Both the position numbers and the translations under genes were made by a program. Below are positions 9,078 through 18,930 of a DNA stretch of 38,145 bases, piece by piece. The stretch comes from an uncultured Deinococcales bacterium (GTDB taxonomy: Bacteria; Deinococcota; Deinococci; Deinococcales; JAAFIG01), in contig CAXTTL010000017.1 in assembly GCA_964247135.1 (NCBI GenBank), positions 1 to 38,145 on the forward strand, in the 5' to 3' direction. The stretch's first letter is position 1. Every line of letters begins with the position of its first letter. Below the pieces are notes generated by a model. That model saw only the letters and a list, made by a program, of their open reading frames with translations. It searched no databases and was not told the DNA's origin.

Positions 9078-10823
9078 ATGACAGTGGCATACCTCAATTT
9101 AACAGCGCCGCTTTTGGACGCGCAAACACTGGCTGATCCTCGAGGTTTTGAGCAATGGTGGGAAGCCACCAGGCAGCTTGGTTGGAGTCACGAACAACGA
9201 TTGGCTGCCATTCTCGAGATTGATGGTCCGCTCGCCAGCGTTCGTGCCAGCAATGTGTATGCCGACCTGAGAGACCCTGAGCAGTGGGTCTTTGCGGCTG
9301 GACAAGGCTTGCTTTCGTCCGATGTTGCGGTGCGGTGTCTGGCAACGGCAAGGCTTGGCTTTCACGAGATCATCAACGCGTCATACACGTTTGGTAAGGG
9401 TTCGGTCAGTGGTGGAGCGGTAGCCATTCCTATTCTCGAGCGAGCTTTGAGCGAAGTAGAGAACGTGACTGAAAGGACACCGCTTGTCTTGGAGGCAATG
9501 TTTCGTTTGTACCAGGGTTTAACTGAGGCATACAAGCAAGGTGGAGAACATCAAAAAGCCATTGGGACGGCTTCTGAAGCCATCAAATACGCCAAAGCCC
9601 TGGGTCTGAAAGGTGGTTTGCAAGCCGCCCTACAGATGCTTGCAGCCACTTATGTTGTGGCAGGTGACACCGAACGCGCCCTTGCCGAATACGACGCATT
9701 GATCCAAACACCAGGCATCAGTAAACCAGTCTTGGACGTTGCCTGGGCGAATCGTGCCTTACTCCTGCTGGCACTCGGAGACGATGATGCCGCCATGCAC
9801 TCACTCGAGGATTCAGGCGATGAAGTTCGAGTCCAAGCCTGTAGGCAGTACATCCTCTGCTCAACGGGTCGCGGTGGTCTAGCGGGTGAGGTCTTGGGTG
9901 GTCTTGAGGGAATGCCGCTCGAGTTTGTCTTTCACACCAAATGTTACCGTTTGCTGCTGGCAAACGAAGGGCAGCCAAGCCCTGATGATTTAAACAAGAT
10001 CGCGCAGGTGGCTCAGGATTTCCGACCACTCATTCCATATGCCACCATGATGCGGGATTGGTTTATCAGTCTTGCCCAGCTTCGCCAAGGACATGCCGTT
10101 GCTGCCGCAATTCATGCCCGAACCATGCCTTGGCAAGAGCTTCCAAAGCACTACCATGCCGCTCGAGGTCGGGCGATCATGTTGTGGCTCGAGATTGGAT
10201 TGCATTATGGCAGTGAAGATTTGGCGCTGCTCACCAGATTGACCTCTGAACTCAATTCCTTGTTCACGCAAATCTTGAATCCATCAACTCGAGTTTGTCT
10301 GGCAAGAACCTTGACCTTGTGGCATCCGTTGGCGGCGGCATTTCTGGCATATTCACCAAATTCACTGCCCGAGTTTATTCAAAGTGCCTCAACCTCGGTT
10401 TGGCGCGATGCGCGACCCATTACAGTGTACGGCAAAGGTGTCACCACCCGCACACCTTTTGTTGCCAAAGCCTTGAGTGATTTTGGCTATCGCACCGAAG
10501 ACCGTGAGGGCGGCACTGAAGAAACCAAACTGCTGACCGTGCTGCGCCGACCCCCTGCTCGAGTGGGCGAGCCAATGCACGTGCGTCCGATTATCTCGCC
10601 GGCTTTGCTGGTTTACAACTTGATTCGAGCAGATGACGCACCAGATTCTGTATGGCGACGTTCGGCACTCGAGTTGTCTCGCTCGCATGGTCTAATTCCT
10701 GTTCCACAAACCCAAAATTACCATTCGCGTGAAGTCAGTCACATCAACTCCTGGCTTGAAAAACTGCTGGGTGGAGAAGTGAGTCCAGTCGGATTTCGGG
10801 CTGAGGTTCGCGGTACGCCGTGA
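9078..10823 (+). CDS. TPR-containing all-helical protein (~581 aa), candidate peptide receptor/regulator
   Basis: GAAAGGA RBS before ATG 9078; TPR-like helices LTEAYKQGGEHQKAIGTASEAI and LAATYVVAGDTERALAEY; no signal peptide. Confidence 0.75.
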   Translation: MTVAYLNLTAPLLDAQTLADPRGFEQWWEATRQLGWSHEQRLAAILEIDGPLASVRASNVYADLRDPEQWVFAAGQGLLSSDVAVRCLATARLGFHEIINASYTFGKGSVSGGAVAIPILERALSEVENVTERTPLVLEAMFRLYQGLTEAYKQGGEHQKAIGTASEAIKYAKALGLKGGLQAALQMLAATYVVAGDTERALAEYDALIQTPGISKPVLDVAWANRALLLLALGDDDAAMHSLEDSGDEVRVQACRQYILCSTGRGGLAGEVLGGLEGMPLEFVFHTKCYRLLLANEGQPSPDDLNKIAQVAQDFRPLIPYATMMRDWFISLAQLRQGHAVAAAIHARTMPWQELPKHYHAARGRAIMLWLEIGLHYGSEDLALLTRLTSELNSLFTQILNPSTRVCLARTLTLWHPLAAAFLAYSPNSLPEFIQSASTSVWRDARPITVYGKGVTTRTPFVAKALSDFGYRTEDREGGTEETKLLTVLRRPPARVGEPMHVRPIISPALLVYNLIRADDAPDSVWRRSALELSRSHGLIPVPQTQNYHSREVSHINSWLEKLLGGEVSPVGFRAEVRGTP

Positions 10824-10869
10824 GCCACGCGACCAGCACACTGCAAGATAAACTCAAAGTTCGAGGCAT

Positions 10870-11508
10870 TTAAACTCGAGCTTTTACAATGACTTCCTTT
10901 TTGCCATCCATGTATTTGATCTCTGAGATGTGCGCCAGCATTTCAGGGTAAGAATTAAAAATCGGATAAGAGGATTGCTCTATTGGTTCTCCAGAACTGT
11001 AATTATCATAAATATCCAATATGTTGAACTGGTAGATTTTTTTATCGTTGCTCTTGAGGTTAATCCCAAGAAAATAGCTACTTGCATCAGGAAATCCTTT
11101 CACTGTCGCAATTGGAAATAATGCAAAATCTTCACTGCTTTCAAGCATAATTTTTCGGTTATCTCCGCGAAACGAAAAAGAACTAAACGAAATCGAATAC
11201 CAAGACACGTCAAGCCTGTCATCTATTGGTGTTGTATTGACAAATGAAGAGAATTTAAAATCGCTGTCTTGAGCGGCTAAAAACCCAGAAAGTGTGGTCA
11301 GGAACTGGGTTAAATGTTCGGGAAGCGTAATCTCAAATTTAGCTTCAAGGGCTTGAATTGCATTTTTTGTATTTTTATAGGTCGAGATTGAGCTAAATTT
11401 ATCAATGAAAGATTTATAGAAATTCTTTTCTGTTGGTAGAATGTTCGCGTTTTCAACAGATTGAATCGCTTCATCGTGATCTAGTGTCGTTATAAAATCA
11501 TTGTTCAT
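10870..11508 (-). CDS. SMI1/KNR4 (SUKH)-like immunity protein
   Basis: IQALEAKFEITLPEHLTQFL...G SUKH-type motif; AT-rich; 12 bp downstream of the toxin gene. Confidence 0.75.
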   Translation of the reverse strand: MNNDFITTLDHDEAIQSVENANILPTEKNFYKSFIDKFSSISTYKNTKNAIQALEAKFEITLPEHLTQFLTTLSGFLAAQDSDFKFSSFVNTTPIDDRLDVSWYSISFSSFSFRGDNRKIMLESSEDFALFPIATVKGFPDASSYFLGINLKSNDKKIYQFNILDIYDNYSSGEPIEQSSYPIFNSYPEMLAHISEIKYMDGKKEVIVKARV

Positions 11509-11520
11509 CTTCAGATTTCC

Positions 11521-14500
11521 TTATTTGAAAATTTCAAAAATTTCTTTGTGGTTCTCTTTCCCGTGTGTTTTAAACTGGGAAAATCCTGGATCTTGGTGAA
11601 TGTCAATCTTCGTACCCCCTCCATCATCCCAAGCCAACAAAGGATGCAATGGAGACAAAGGCATGGATGCGCCGTCCCAAATCCAATCAGTCGCCACATT
11701 TTTAAGTGTATCTTTACACGTTCTAATGCTTGAAAGTGAATTTCTGAATGCGACTCGCAATTCGTTATGAAATTTACTTTGTGGAACAAATTGTTGAACA
11801 TAGGTAATCTTTTGTGTGATGGGGTCTTGGTCTCCCAAATAAATATTTGAACCCACATGTCCTTGGAATACAGCGTATCGTGTGTTGTTGAAAGTGTGAT
11901 TTTCGGCTCTACTCGCAGAAAAAATAACCTTCTTATTTTCGGTCCTCAACACATTTTGCAAATCAATCCACTCTGGTATTTCGCCTACCTTGCTTGCTTC
12001 CATATCCCGATCAATCACTTCCAACATCAAATCGGTGGGTATCCATTCGTGATTGCCGCTGAGGACTCGACGAAACATATTTTTCAACTCGGCACGATGG
12101 TCAAGCTTCCCGTTGGTTTTTTGATTCCACAATTCGCCCAACTTCTTGCGATCAATCCCACTCAAGGTCTTCCCCGCCGCAATACCCTTCATAAATTGAA
12201 CAATCCCACCTGCCAGATCAACCGCTTGCTTCAAATTCTCAACCGTCATACCCGCATGGTTCAAAATTGGAAATGCAATTTCCATGTGTTGCTTCACCGA
12301 CTGCAAGGTGTTCACCGCGATCTTACTCAAATCAGCATCGCTCGAGACTTTGCTCTCAGGTAAGGATTTCACCTTGTCACTCGAGGTATTCCTGGCTCGA
12401 GGATTGGTTTTGAGGACATTGCGCATTTGAGCGATGCCTTTACCAACCTCTTTGCCTGACGCACTGATTTGATCGCTGACGGTCTTAAATTCTGGACTGC
12501 CCACAGCCAATTTCTGTCGGGCATCGGCTTTAAAATCTTGCAGGTGAGCAATGATTTCTTTGGGTGTGCTTGCCATCATCATGATGGGTTGCCCTGCCTT
12601 GATTTCTGCCCAAACGTTGTGCACTGCGGCTTTGCCATCAGCGGTAACATCACCGTTGATTTCAATTGGTTTCATCAACACATGATCTGAAACCACGGTA
12701 CTTGAAGGTGCAACGGGCTTTTGTGGATCAGTTGTTGTTTTGCCGCTCGAGGTTGGTGTAACCGCCGTGCTTGGTTTGCTGCCTGGTGTGACTTTCTTGA
12801 CCAAACTCGAGAACATCTTTGAAAACCATGCCGCAATCCGCTCGAGGACTTTTTTGATGGGTGCTTGAATCTTTGCCAATGCCGCCTTGATGCTCGAGGC
12901 AATCTTGGTTAAACCTGCCGCTGAAGCGAGGAAGCCCAAGGCAAGCGAGAATCCATTTCCCAGCGTATCCTCAATTTTTTGTACCGCGCCCTTAATATCA
13001 CCTTTGGCGATGCTGGCAAAGCTCGAGGTCAGGCTTTTCAGGAACTTGCCGATTTGCTTGGCGCGTTCAATAAAGAACATCACCGCGTTATAAATGTTGA
13101 TCGCCGCTTGAACCAAACCACCACCAGGTACAAGCATCGTCAAGAGCTTTTTGATTCCAGCCGTGATGATGGATTTGATCGCGAAGTCTTTTAAGCTGCT
13201 CATGATGGTCGTCGGCAACTCCGCCGCCATTTGCATCAACTCAGAACCTTTGCTCTCAACAAGGCTGATCACAGGGCTTAAACTGCCCGTCTTCGCCACG
13301 TCCTGCAAGACCCCGCCCGAAGCCTCGAGTTGTGCCAAACCACCATTGGGCAGGCTGCTCTCGAGCATTGGACGCAAGTTGTTCTTGTAATCGAGTCCCA
13401 CCACTTGCAAACCCACGCTCAACAAACCGGCGGTATCGGCTTTCTTGGGAATGTCAAAACCAGCACCCAGCGCACCGTGCAACCAATCCATCACGCCATG
13501 CTCGAGGTGTGATTCAAAGTGATCTTGAAAATTATGAAAACCTTGACTGAAAGACTTTTGCAAATTGTCCATGAACGCGCCAGGATCATCCCAAACCAGT
13601 CTGACGTTACTTCCAATCGCCTCGAGGGTTTCAATCACCTCTTCACCACCAAGTTCTTTGATGGTTTTCTTGACGATGCTCTTGCCAATCTCGGCGGCTG
13701 CCTCGAGCGGATGGTCAAGCAAGCGTCCGTTGTTGACCGTGCCTTTTAAAGCTTCGGCATAGGCTTGGCTTGGAATCCAAATGTAAAACCCAACCATCGG
13801 GTTGGCGTTCTTCCAGGCAACCACGCTGGATTCATCGCCCCAAGCCAGTTGATCTGAGGGCATCTTGATGCTTTTCGGATTGAGCTTTGCCAGCACACCG
13901 ACGTAAAAACGCAGGTCAAGCCCGATTTTGGCTTTAAAGTAATGGCTGGCGATATCAATCGCGTTATCGCCTGGTTTGATCTCGTAAAACGTGGCTTTCG
14001 CATCGGGTGCAACCGAGATGTTCTGCGCCGCGACAAAGCCCGTTTCACCCGAGTCGAGTTTGATGCGGTACCAGCTTGTGATCTGCTCGGTGATCAAAAA
14101 TGTCGTGCCAAATTTCAGTTCTTGAACAATGTTTGCTTTGCTCGAGGTGTCCATGCTGTTGCGAAGTTTGACGTTTGCATCTTTACTGAACGCTGCACCA
14201 CGAAGATTCAAAGGCGTACCTTTGGGTTCTTTGCTGTTGGTCTCTGCGGTTGGAGTGGTCTTGGTTTGACTCGGTTCGCGTTGGAGTTGTACCTCAAGGT
14301 TCGAGCGTTGCATTGCCTCGAGTCTCATGCGGTGAATGACGGGTTGGCTCGAGAGCAATGGTGAATTCGGCTGCGCTCGGTTTTCAAGGTTTTTGAAGCT
14401 CGAGCCTGGTTTAGGTTTCGCATTCGGATCGAACCTTGCCGCGAGTTCAGTGCCTTTGGCTCGAGCTTCGGTCTCAAGCTGTGGGCTGGCATCAATCCCA

Positions 14501-15708
14501 GGACTGACTTGACCTGAAGCTTGTTGAACCGTGTGCGTGACTTCGTGCGCGAGCAATTCGTAACCAGAATTTGTGTTCGGTTCGTAAGTTCCTGTTTGGA
14601 AGAAAATATCCTTGCCCGTTGTGAAGGCAATCGCATTCACACTCTTGGCGAGTTGGTCAGCCTCTGTATCTGTATGCACCCGAACACTCTCGAGGTTGGT
14701 ATTCAATCCTGCCTCAAGTTGATGACGCACGTTTTCAGGTAATGGACTGCCAGCACCGAGCTTGGCTTTGATCTTCTCGCTTATGCCAGAGTTCGGCGTT
14801 GTTGGATTCGCTTCAGTTGTCGCCAATTGTAATGCTTGAGCTTGAATTCCATCATCAGTAAATAAAGCTTGCCGTTGCATCTCGAGATTCTGCTCACCCT
14901 CAGCAACCAGCCGTTGAATGCTCGAGTAATCGCTTTGCCTTGGATTGATGCCTGCCAGTAAACCGCCCAAGGCAAAATCTCGGTCTGCTTTACGTTGAAT
15001 GTTCAGAATCGCACTCGCCGCGTCTTTGGGGGTTAAACCACTCGAGAGACGCTGCGCGGTATATGTTTTCCCAAGGGCGAAGGCTTGCTGATCGGTTGGT
15101 TTGATGACACTTGGACCATCGAGAAATGGGGTACTCGGGTGGTTGTGTTGTGCTCGGAGCACTGGCAGTTCAGTGTTAAACCATTCAGCTCGAACAGTCA
15201 AGGCATTTTTAGGCTGGGCGGCTTGAGACGCCTGCGATTGCAAGCTCATACGGTCATCTACCAGGCGTTGCACCAACTCAGGAACGAGCGTCGCCTGATA
15301 CGAGGCTCGAGCATTTGCGGCTTGGATGCTCGAGTTTTTCAGACCCTCGAGATTCTTGCGTTGCACTGGGGATTTGATAAAACTCGAGAAAAAGTTTTGT
15401 TGTTTGGCATGAAGTTCTTGAGCACGTTGAACTCGCGCTTGTTGTTCTCGAGCAACAGCTTGATCTTGCAATCGTTGAACTCGAGCTTGCTCTTGAATAA
15501 CCGCTCGAGCTTGACGTTGAAGGCTGGCTTGTTCGGCATCACGCTGAATTCGAGCTTGACTTTGCTCGAGTTGGGCTTTCGCCCGTTGCAATTGCGCGGG
15601 TGTGGCGGGTTGAACTCGAGCCACACCACCAACAGTTGTTGCCAATTTCCTATTCTCAGGCTCGCGCTGAACAACCACATTGGGTTTTTTCAGGCGCTCG
15701 AGGGTCAT
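11521..15708 (-). CDS. DUF4157 (eCIS-core) domain polymorphic toxin with SH3/LysM-like, helical/hydrophobic and C-terminal toxin regions
   Basis: GSPLP...VRVHTD...AIAFTTGKDIFF...LLAHEVTHTVQQ (DUF4157, HExxH); many xQR motifs; WYRI...GETGFV (SH3b-like); YEIKPGDNAIDIA (LysM-like); His-containing C-terminus. Confidence 0.85.
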   Translation of the reverse strand: MTLERLKKPNVVVQREPENRKLATTVGGVARVQPATPAQLQRAKAQLEQSQARIQRDAEQASLQRQARAVIQEQARVQRLQDQAVAREQQARVQRAQELHAKQQNFFSSFIKSPVQRKNLEGLKNSSIQAANARASYQATLVPELVQRLVDDRMSLQSQASQAAQPKNALTVRAEWFNTELPVLRAQHNHPSTPFLDGPSVIKPTDQQAFALGKTYTAQRLSSGLTPKDAASAILNIQRKADRDFALGGLLAGINPRQSDYSSIQRLVAEGEQNLEMQRQALFTDDGIQAQALQLATTEANPTTPNSGISEKIKAKLGAGSPLPENVRHQLEAGLNTNLESVRVHTDTEADQLAKSVNAIAFTTGKDIFFQTGTYEPNTNSGYELLAHEVTHTVQQASGQVSPGIDASPQLETEARAKGTELAARFDPNAKPKPGSSFKNLENRAQPNSPLLSSQPVIHRMRLEAMQRSNLEVQLQREPSQTKTTPTAETNSKEPKGTPLNLRGAAFSKDANVKLRNSMDTSSKANIVQELKFGTTFLITEQITSWYRIKLDSGETGFVAAQNISVAPDAKATFYEIKPGDNAIDIASHYFKAKIGLDLRFYVGVLAKLNPKSIKMPSDQLAWGDESSVVAWKNANPMVGFYIWIPSQAYAEALKGTVNNGRLLDHPLEAAAEIGKSIVKKTIKELGGEEVIETLEAIGSNVRLVWDDPGAFMDNLQKSFSQGFHNFQDHFESHLEHGVMDWLHGALGAGFDIPKKADTAGLLSVGLQVVGLDYKNNLRPMLESSLPNGGLAQLEASGGVLQDVAKTGSLSPVISLVESKGSELMQMAAELPTTIMSSLKDFAIKSIITAGIKKLLTMLVPGGGLVQAAINIYNAVMFFIERAKQIGKFLKSLTSSFASIAKGDIKGAVQKIEDTLGNGFSLALGFLASAAGLTKIASSIKAALAKIQAPIKKVLERIAAWFSKMFSSLVKKVTPGSKPSTAVTPTSSGKTTTDPQKPVAPSSTVVSDHVLMKPIEINGDVTADGKAAVHNVWAEIKAGQPIMMMASTPKEIIAHLQDFKADARQKLAVGSPEFKTVSDQISASGKEVGKGIAQMRNVLKTNPRARNTSSDKVKSLPESKVSSDADLSKIAVNTLQSVKQHMEIAFPILNHAGMTVENLKQAVDLAGGIVQFMKGIAAGKTLSGIDRKKLGELWNQKTNGKLDHRAELKNMFRRVLSGNHEWIPTDLMLEVIDRDMEASKVGEIPEWIDLQNVLRTENKKVIFSASRAENHTFNNTRYAVFQGHVGSNIYLGDQDPITQKITYVQQFVPQSKFHNELRVAFRNSLSSIRTCKDTLKNVATDWIWDGASMPLSPLHPLLAWDDGGGTKIDIHQDPGFSQFKTHGKENHKEIFEIFK

Positions 15709-16011
15709 GCAAAAACTCTACCACAACGATTGCGAAACTATACTTGCAACATCGAAAGCGCTGTTGCTTACAGCCTCAATGTGGCGTACCTGCCAATGTT
15801 TTCGATTCGCTCTCGTTGAATCATCCGTTTGAAAAAATTCCTGATCTTTTCGGCACAAATTCCAGTAAGTTCAAACTTCTTTTCGTCAAAAGTTCGTGTA
15901 CAAGCAGATAGATCGCTTACAGTCAACCCAACACGCGAATCTCGAGGATTCGTGAAACCCATTGCCTCTCGTCAACAGGGACAGTGCAGGCTTTGCATTG
16001 TTGGGTGGGCT

Positions 16012-16896
16012 ATGAGCATCAAAGTCATGACCGAAGTTTGGGAAAGCTCGAGCACCAAAGGCGGAGCGCGTTTGGTCTTGCTGGCACTTGCCGATTACGC
16101 CAATGACGAGGGTTACTGTCATCCAGGAGTCGAACGCCTCGCCTTGAAATCTGCGCTGACCGAACGCAACGTGCAGTTCATCTTGCGTGATCTCGAGGCT
16201 AGAGGAGAATTGGTGACACTGCAACGGATGGGTCGAGGGCATGTCAACGCCTATTGGGTGTTGCCACCAAAAACCATCACGCGTTTGAGGTTCGAGGGCA
16301 AAACGGCGAAATCTTTTCACCCTTTTCAGGTGCTCGAGGAAAAGGTGAAAAGCGGTGCAGAAAAGGTGAAAACAAACGCACAAATGGTGAAATCTGAGAC
16401 CGAAAAGGTGAAGCCCACTTCACCCAGAACCGTCAAGAACCATCAAGAATCACCAAGAACCAACACCTCTAGCGAAGATACTTCGGAAATCGAAGCATCA
16501 CGAGATTCGACAGGCGAGAACCAACCCTCGAGCGTCCAGAACACGCAGCAGGGAAATCGCAACGGGCATTCTCAAAGTTCCGCGCCGCGTGCCGCCAATC
16601 GTGCTTGGATGACCTGGCTCGAGACCAATCAAATTCCTGAATGGCTCGAGTTGGAGGTTTGGCAGCGTTGGTTGCATGACCTTGATGAACGAACAAGTCG
16701 CATCACGTCTGGGCGACTCGAGGAACAACTCAAACGCCTCCAAGAACTGCATTTGATTGGTGAACCACAAGCCGCAATCGTGGCTCGAGCCATCGCCGGT
16801 GGCTGGGGAAACTTCTATCCACCACGAACCAAAACCAATCCGTTATCAACGCCAAAACCAGTCTCTAGTGGAGAACGTTATGGGAGGTACAGATGA
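16012..16896 (+). CDS. Phage/plasmid-type HTH replication initiator (lambda O-like architecture)
   Basis: N-terminal wHTH (LVLLALADYANDEGYCHPGVERLA), internal repeats, low-complexity linker, C-terminal helical domain; ATGA-coupled to a DnaC-like gene. Start moved to ATG 16012. Confidence 0.8.
   Translation: MSIKVMTEVWESSSTKGGARLVLLALADYANDEGYCHPGVERLALKSALTERNVQFILRDLEARGELVTLQRMGRGHVNAYWVLPPKTITRLRFEGKTAKSFHPFQVLEEKVKSGAEKVKTNAQMVKSETEKVKPTSPRTVKNHQESPRTNTSSEDTSEIEASRDSTGENQPSSVQNTQQGNRNGHSQSSAPRAANRAWMTWLETNQIPEWLELEVWQRWLHDLDERTSRITSGRLEEQLKRLQELHLIGEPQAAIVARAIAGGWGNFYPPRTKTNPLSTPKPVSSGERYGRYR
16339..16424 (+). repeat. Four iteron-like direct repeats with exact 21-bp period (putative origin)
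   Basis: GGTGAA cores at 16344, 16365, 16386 and 16407 (consensus GAAAAGGTGAAA); inverted TTCACC at 16316 and 16419. Confidence 0.7.
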
Positions 16897-17651
16897 ACGT
16901 TCAGGAACCGTCTCAAGCCGTCAAGAAGCCCATGAATTTCAGATCCAAAGACGAGTTGCCGACTTGTCCATGTTGTGGCGCAACCGCACTCGAGGGTCGT
17001 TGGAAAAGTGCTTTTGACCTGCAACACCAATGCAATTGCATCCTCGAGCGAGCCAGTGCCTATGAAGTTGGAGTTCAACGCTTGTGGGACAAGCGAAAAC
17101 GCTGTCTGAATTACCTCGAATCACTACCCACACGGTATCAAAATTACACCTACGATTTTCTCGAGCGCACGACTGGAAATGCTGAAGGTTTCGATGCCGG
17201 ATTGACGCTCGAGCTTGGTCAAACCTTGTACTTGTGGGGCAATCCTGGCAATGGTAAAACCCACCTCGCTTGCGCCATTGGCTTTGCCTTACTCGAGCGC
17301 ACAACGGTAACGTTTTGGAACATGGCGAACTTGTATGCGGTGTTGCGGGATTGTGTGGCTCGAGATGTACCACGCCCAAATTTGATCGCATCAGGAACGT
17401 TGATTTTGGATGACCTGGGCAAAGTCAAGACCAGCGAATTCGTTTACGAAACCCTGTACGCCTGTCTCGAGGCGCGTTGGTCGAATGGCAAAACCACGGT
17501 ATTCACTGCCAATCACAAACCTGGCATCGTTGCGGATCGTCTGACACCAGCCAGTTTGGACAGTGAAGCCGCCGATGCGATCCTCTCGAGGATGATTGCG
17601 GGGCGTGTGATCGAAGTCAGTGGCACAGATCGGCGCGAGGGCACGTCATGA
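16893..17651 (+). CDS. DnaC/IstB-like ATPase (helicase loader) with N-terminal Zn-binding Cys motif
   Basis: CPCC...CNC; Walker A GNPGNGKTHLA; Walker B LILDDLG; TVFTAN; ILSRM. Confidence 0.88.
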   Translation: MNVQEPSQAVKKPMNFRSKDELPTCPCCGATALEGRWKSAFDLQHQCNCILERASAYEVGVQRLWDKRKRCLNYLESLPTRYQNYTYDFLERTTGNAEGFDAGLTLELGQTLYLWGNPGNGKTHLACAIGFALLERTTVTFWNMANLYAVLRDCVARDVPRPNLIASGTLILDDLGKVKTSEFVYETLYACLEARWSNGKTTVFTANHKPGIVADRLTPASLDSEAADAILSRMIAGRVIEVSGTDRREGTS

Positions 17652-18082
17652 CCGCCCTGAACCCCGCAGCGATGGCTTGGCAGCGTTTCTCGAGGGGTTT
17701 GCCCGAAGAGGTGCGTTCGGTTGAGATGGCACTCCTCGGTGGGTTGCGGAGTTTCGAGCAATGGCGAACCTGTTTGGACACTGCGAATCATCTCGCCGCT
17801 CGAATCAATATCAACATCCACCGACGTGCGGCAGGCTCGAGTCCGGTGAATGTACCGTGGCGTTCGCTAAAACTCTTGGCAAATGGTGAATCCATGACTG
17901 CTGAAACCATCAGCAAGATGCTCGAGGTTCACGTGGACGTGGTGCGTCGCGCCATGAAAACCTTCCGAGGGAAAAACTGGGTGACAGCCAATGCCACCTA
18001 CACCAAAGAACAACCTCGAGTGTTTACCATCACCGCACTTGGTCAGAGTGCCCTCGAGCGTATTTGTGACGGGGTGCAATGA
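17648..18082 (+). CDS. Winged-HTH DNA-binding protein
   Basis: C-terminal MTAETISKMLEV...VRRAM...W...FTITALG; overlaps both neighbours. Confidence 0.65.
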   Translation: MTALNPAAMAWQRFSRGLPEEVRSVEMALLGGLRSFEQWRTCLDTANHLAARININIHRRAAGSSPVNVPWRSLKLLANGESMTAETISKMLEVHVDVVRRAMKTFRGKNWVTANATYTKEQPRVFTITALGQSALERICDGVQ

Positions 18083-18930
18083 TGCCCAAAAACGAAACCC
18101 GTTTGATCCCGATGGAACACATTCACCGTTCGATCAGCACCCCTCGAGAGCACCACGATGAGGCAGCCCTCGAGCGTTTGGCGCACTGGATTCGGCGGCG
18201 TGGTTTGTTGCAACCGATCCTTGTGCGGAATGTTGGAAAAAACGAATTTGAGGTGGTGGCGGGAGAACGTCGGTTTCTTGCCGCGCAACGGGCAGGCTTG
18301 ACCGAACTCGAGTGTCGGGTACGCGAGTATCCAGACCCGATCAAAGAATCAGACTTACCAGGCGATGTCTTTGCGCTCGAGGATGCACTGATCGAGAATT
18401 TGGTACGCGAAAACCTCTCTAAACTTGAGGAATCCGAAGCCATCCTCAACTTGGTCTGCTTGCACCTCGGGGAGCAACCAACTTTTGTAGTTGAGAGATT
18501 GGCAGCATTGCACCACCGCGCCAGAAAACACCGTCAACCGCTTTGCATGTGCGAGGACGATGACCGAATTCTCGACGTCTTTAAATTGCTCAATCTGATT
18601 GGGTGGCAAGCCTTTTACACCCACCGCGTTCCGCTTCTAAACTTACCTGATGACGTAAAACCCTTGGTTCACTGTCGTTGCACCAGTTATGCCCTGGCAA
18701 GGCGCATCGGCAAACTCGAGCCAGCACAACGCCGTACTGTGGTCGCTCGAGTCAAAACAGGGCAACTTAGAGGCACGGCGCTGAAACTCGAGTTGGACAA
18801 ACTGCTGGGCGTGACACGAAGACCATCACATCGGTTCAATCAAATTCGCCGCATCCTGCCCAAGCACCTCGAGAATCCAAAAGTCAAACAATCGCTTGAA
18901 AATCTCGAGCGGGAATTGGGGCTTTCATGA
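18079..18930 (+). CDS. parB: ParB/RepB/Spo0J family protein
   Basis: GLLQPILVR, VVAGERRFLAA (CTP-binding box), ALIENLVRENL. Confidence 0.9.
   Translation: MMPKNETRLIPMEHIHRSISTPREHHDEAALERLAHWIRRRGLLQPILVRNVGKNEFEVVAGERRFLAAQRAGLTELECRVREYPDPIKESDLPGDVFALEDALIENLVRENLSKLEESEAILNLVCLHLGEQPTFVVERLAALHHRARKHRQPLCMCEDDDRILDVFKLLNLIGWQAFYTHRVPLLNLPDDVKPLVHCRCTSYALARRIGKLEPAQRRTVVARVKTGQLRGTALKLELDKLLGVTRRPSHRFNQIRRILPKHLENPKVKQSLENLERELGLS

Noticed and set aside
16893-17651. IS21 element, suggested by the IstB-like ATPase
   Set aside because: No IstA DDE transposase or terminal repeats; the upstream gene is a replication initiator.
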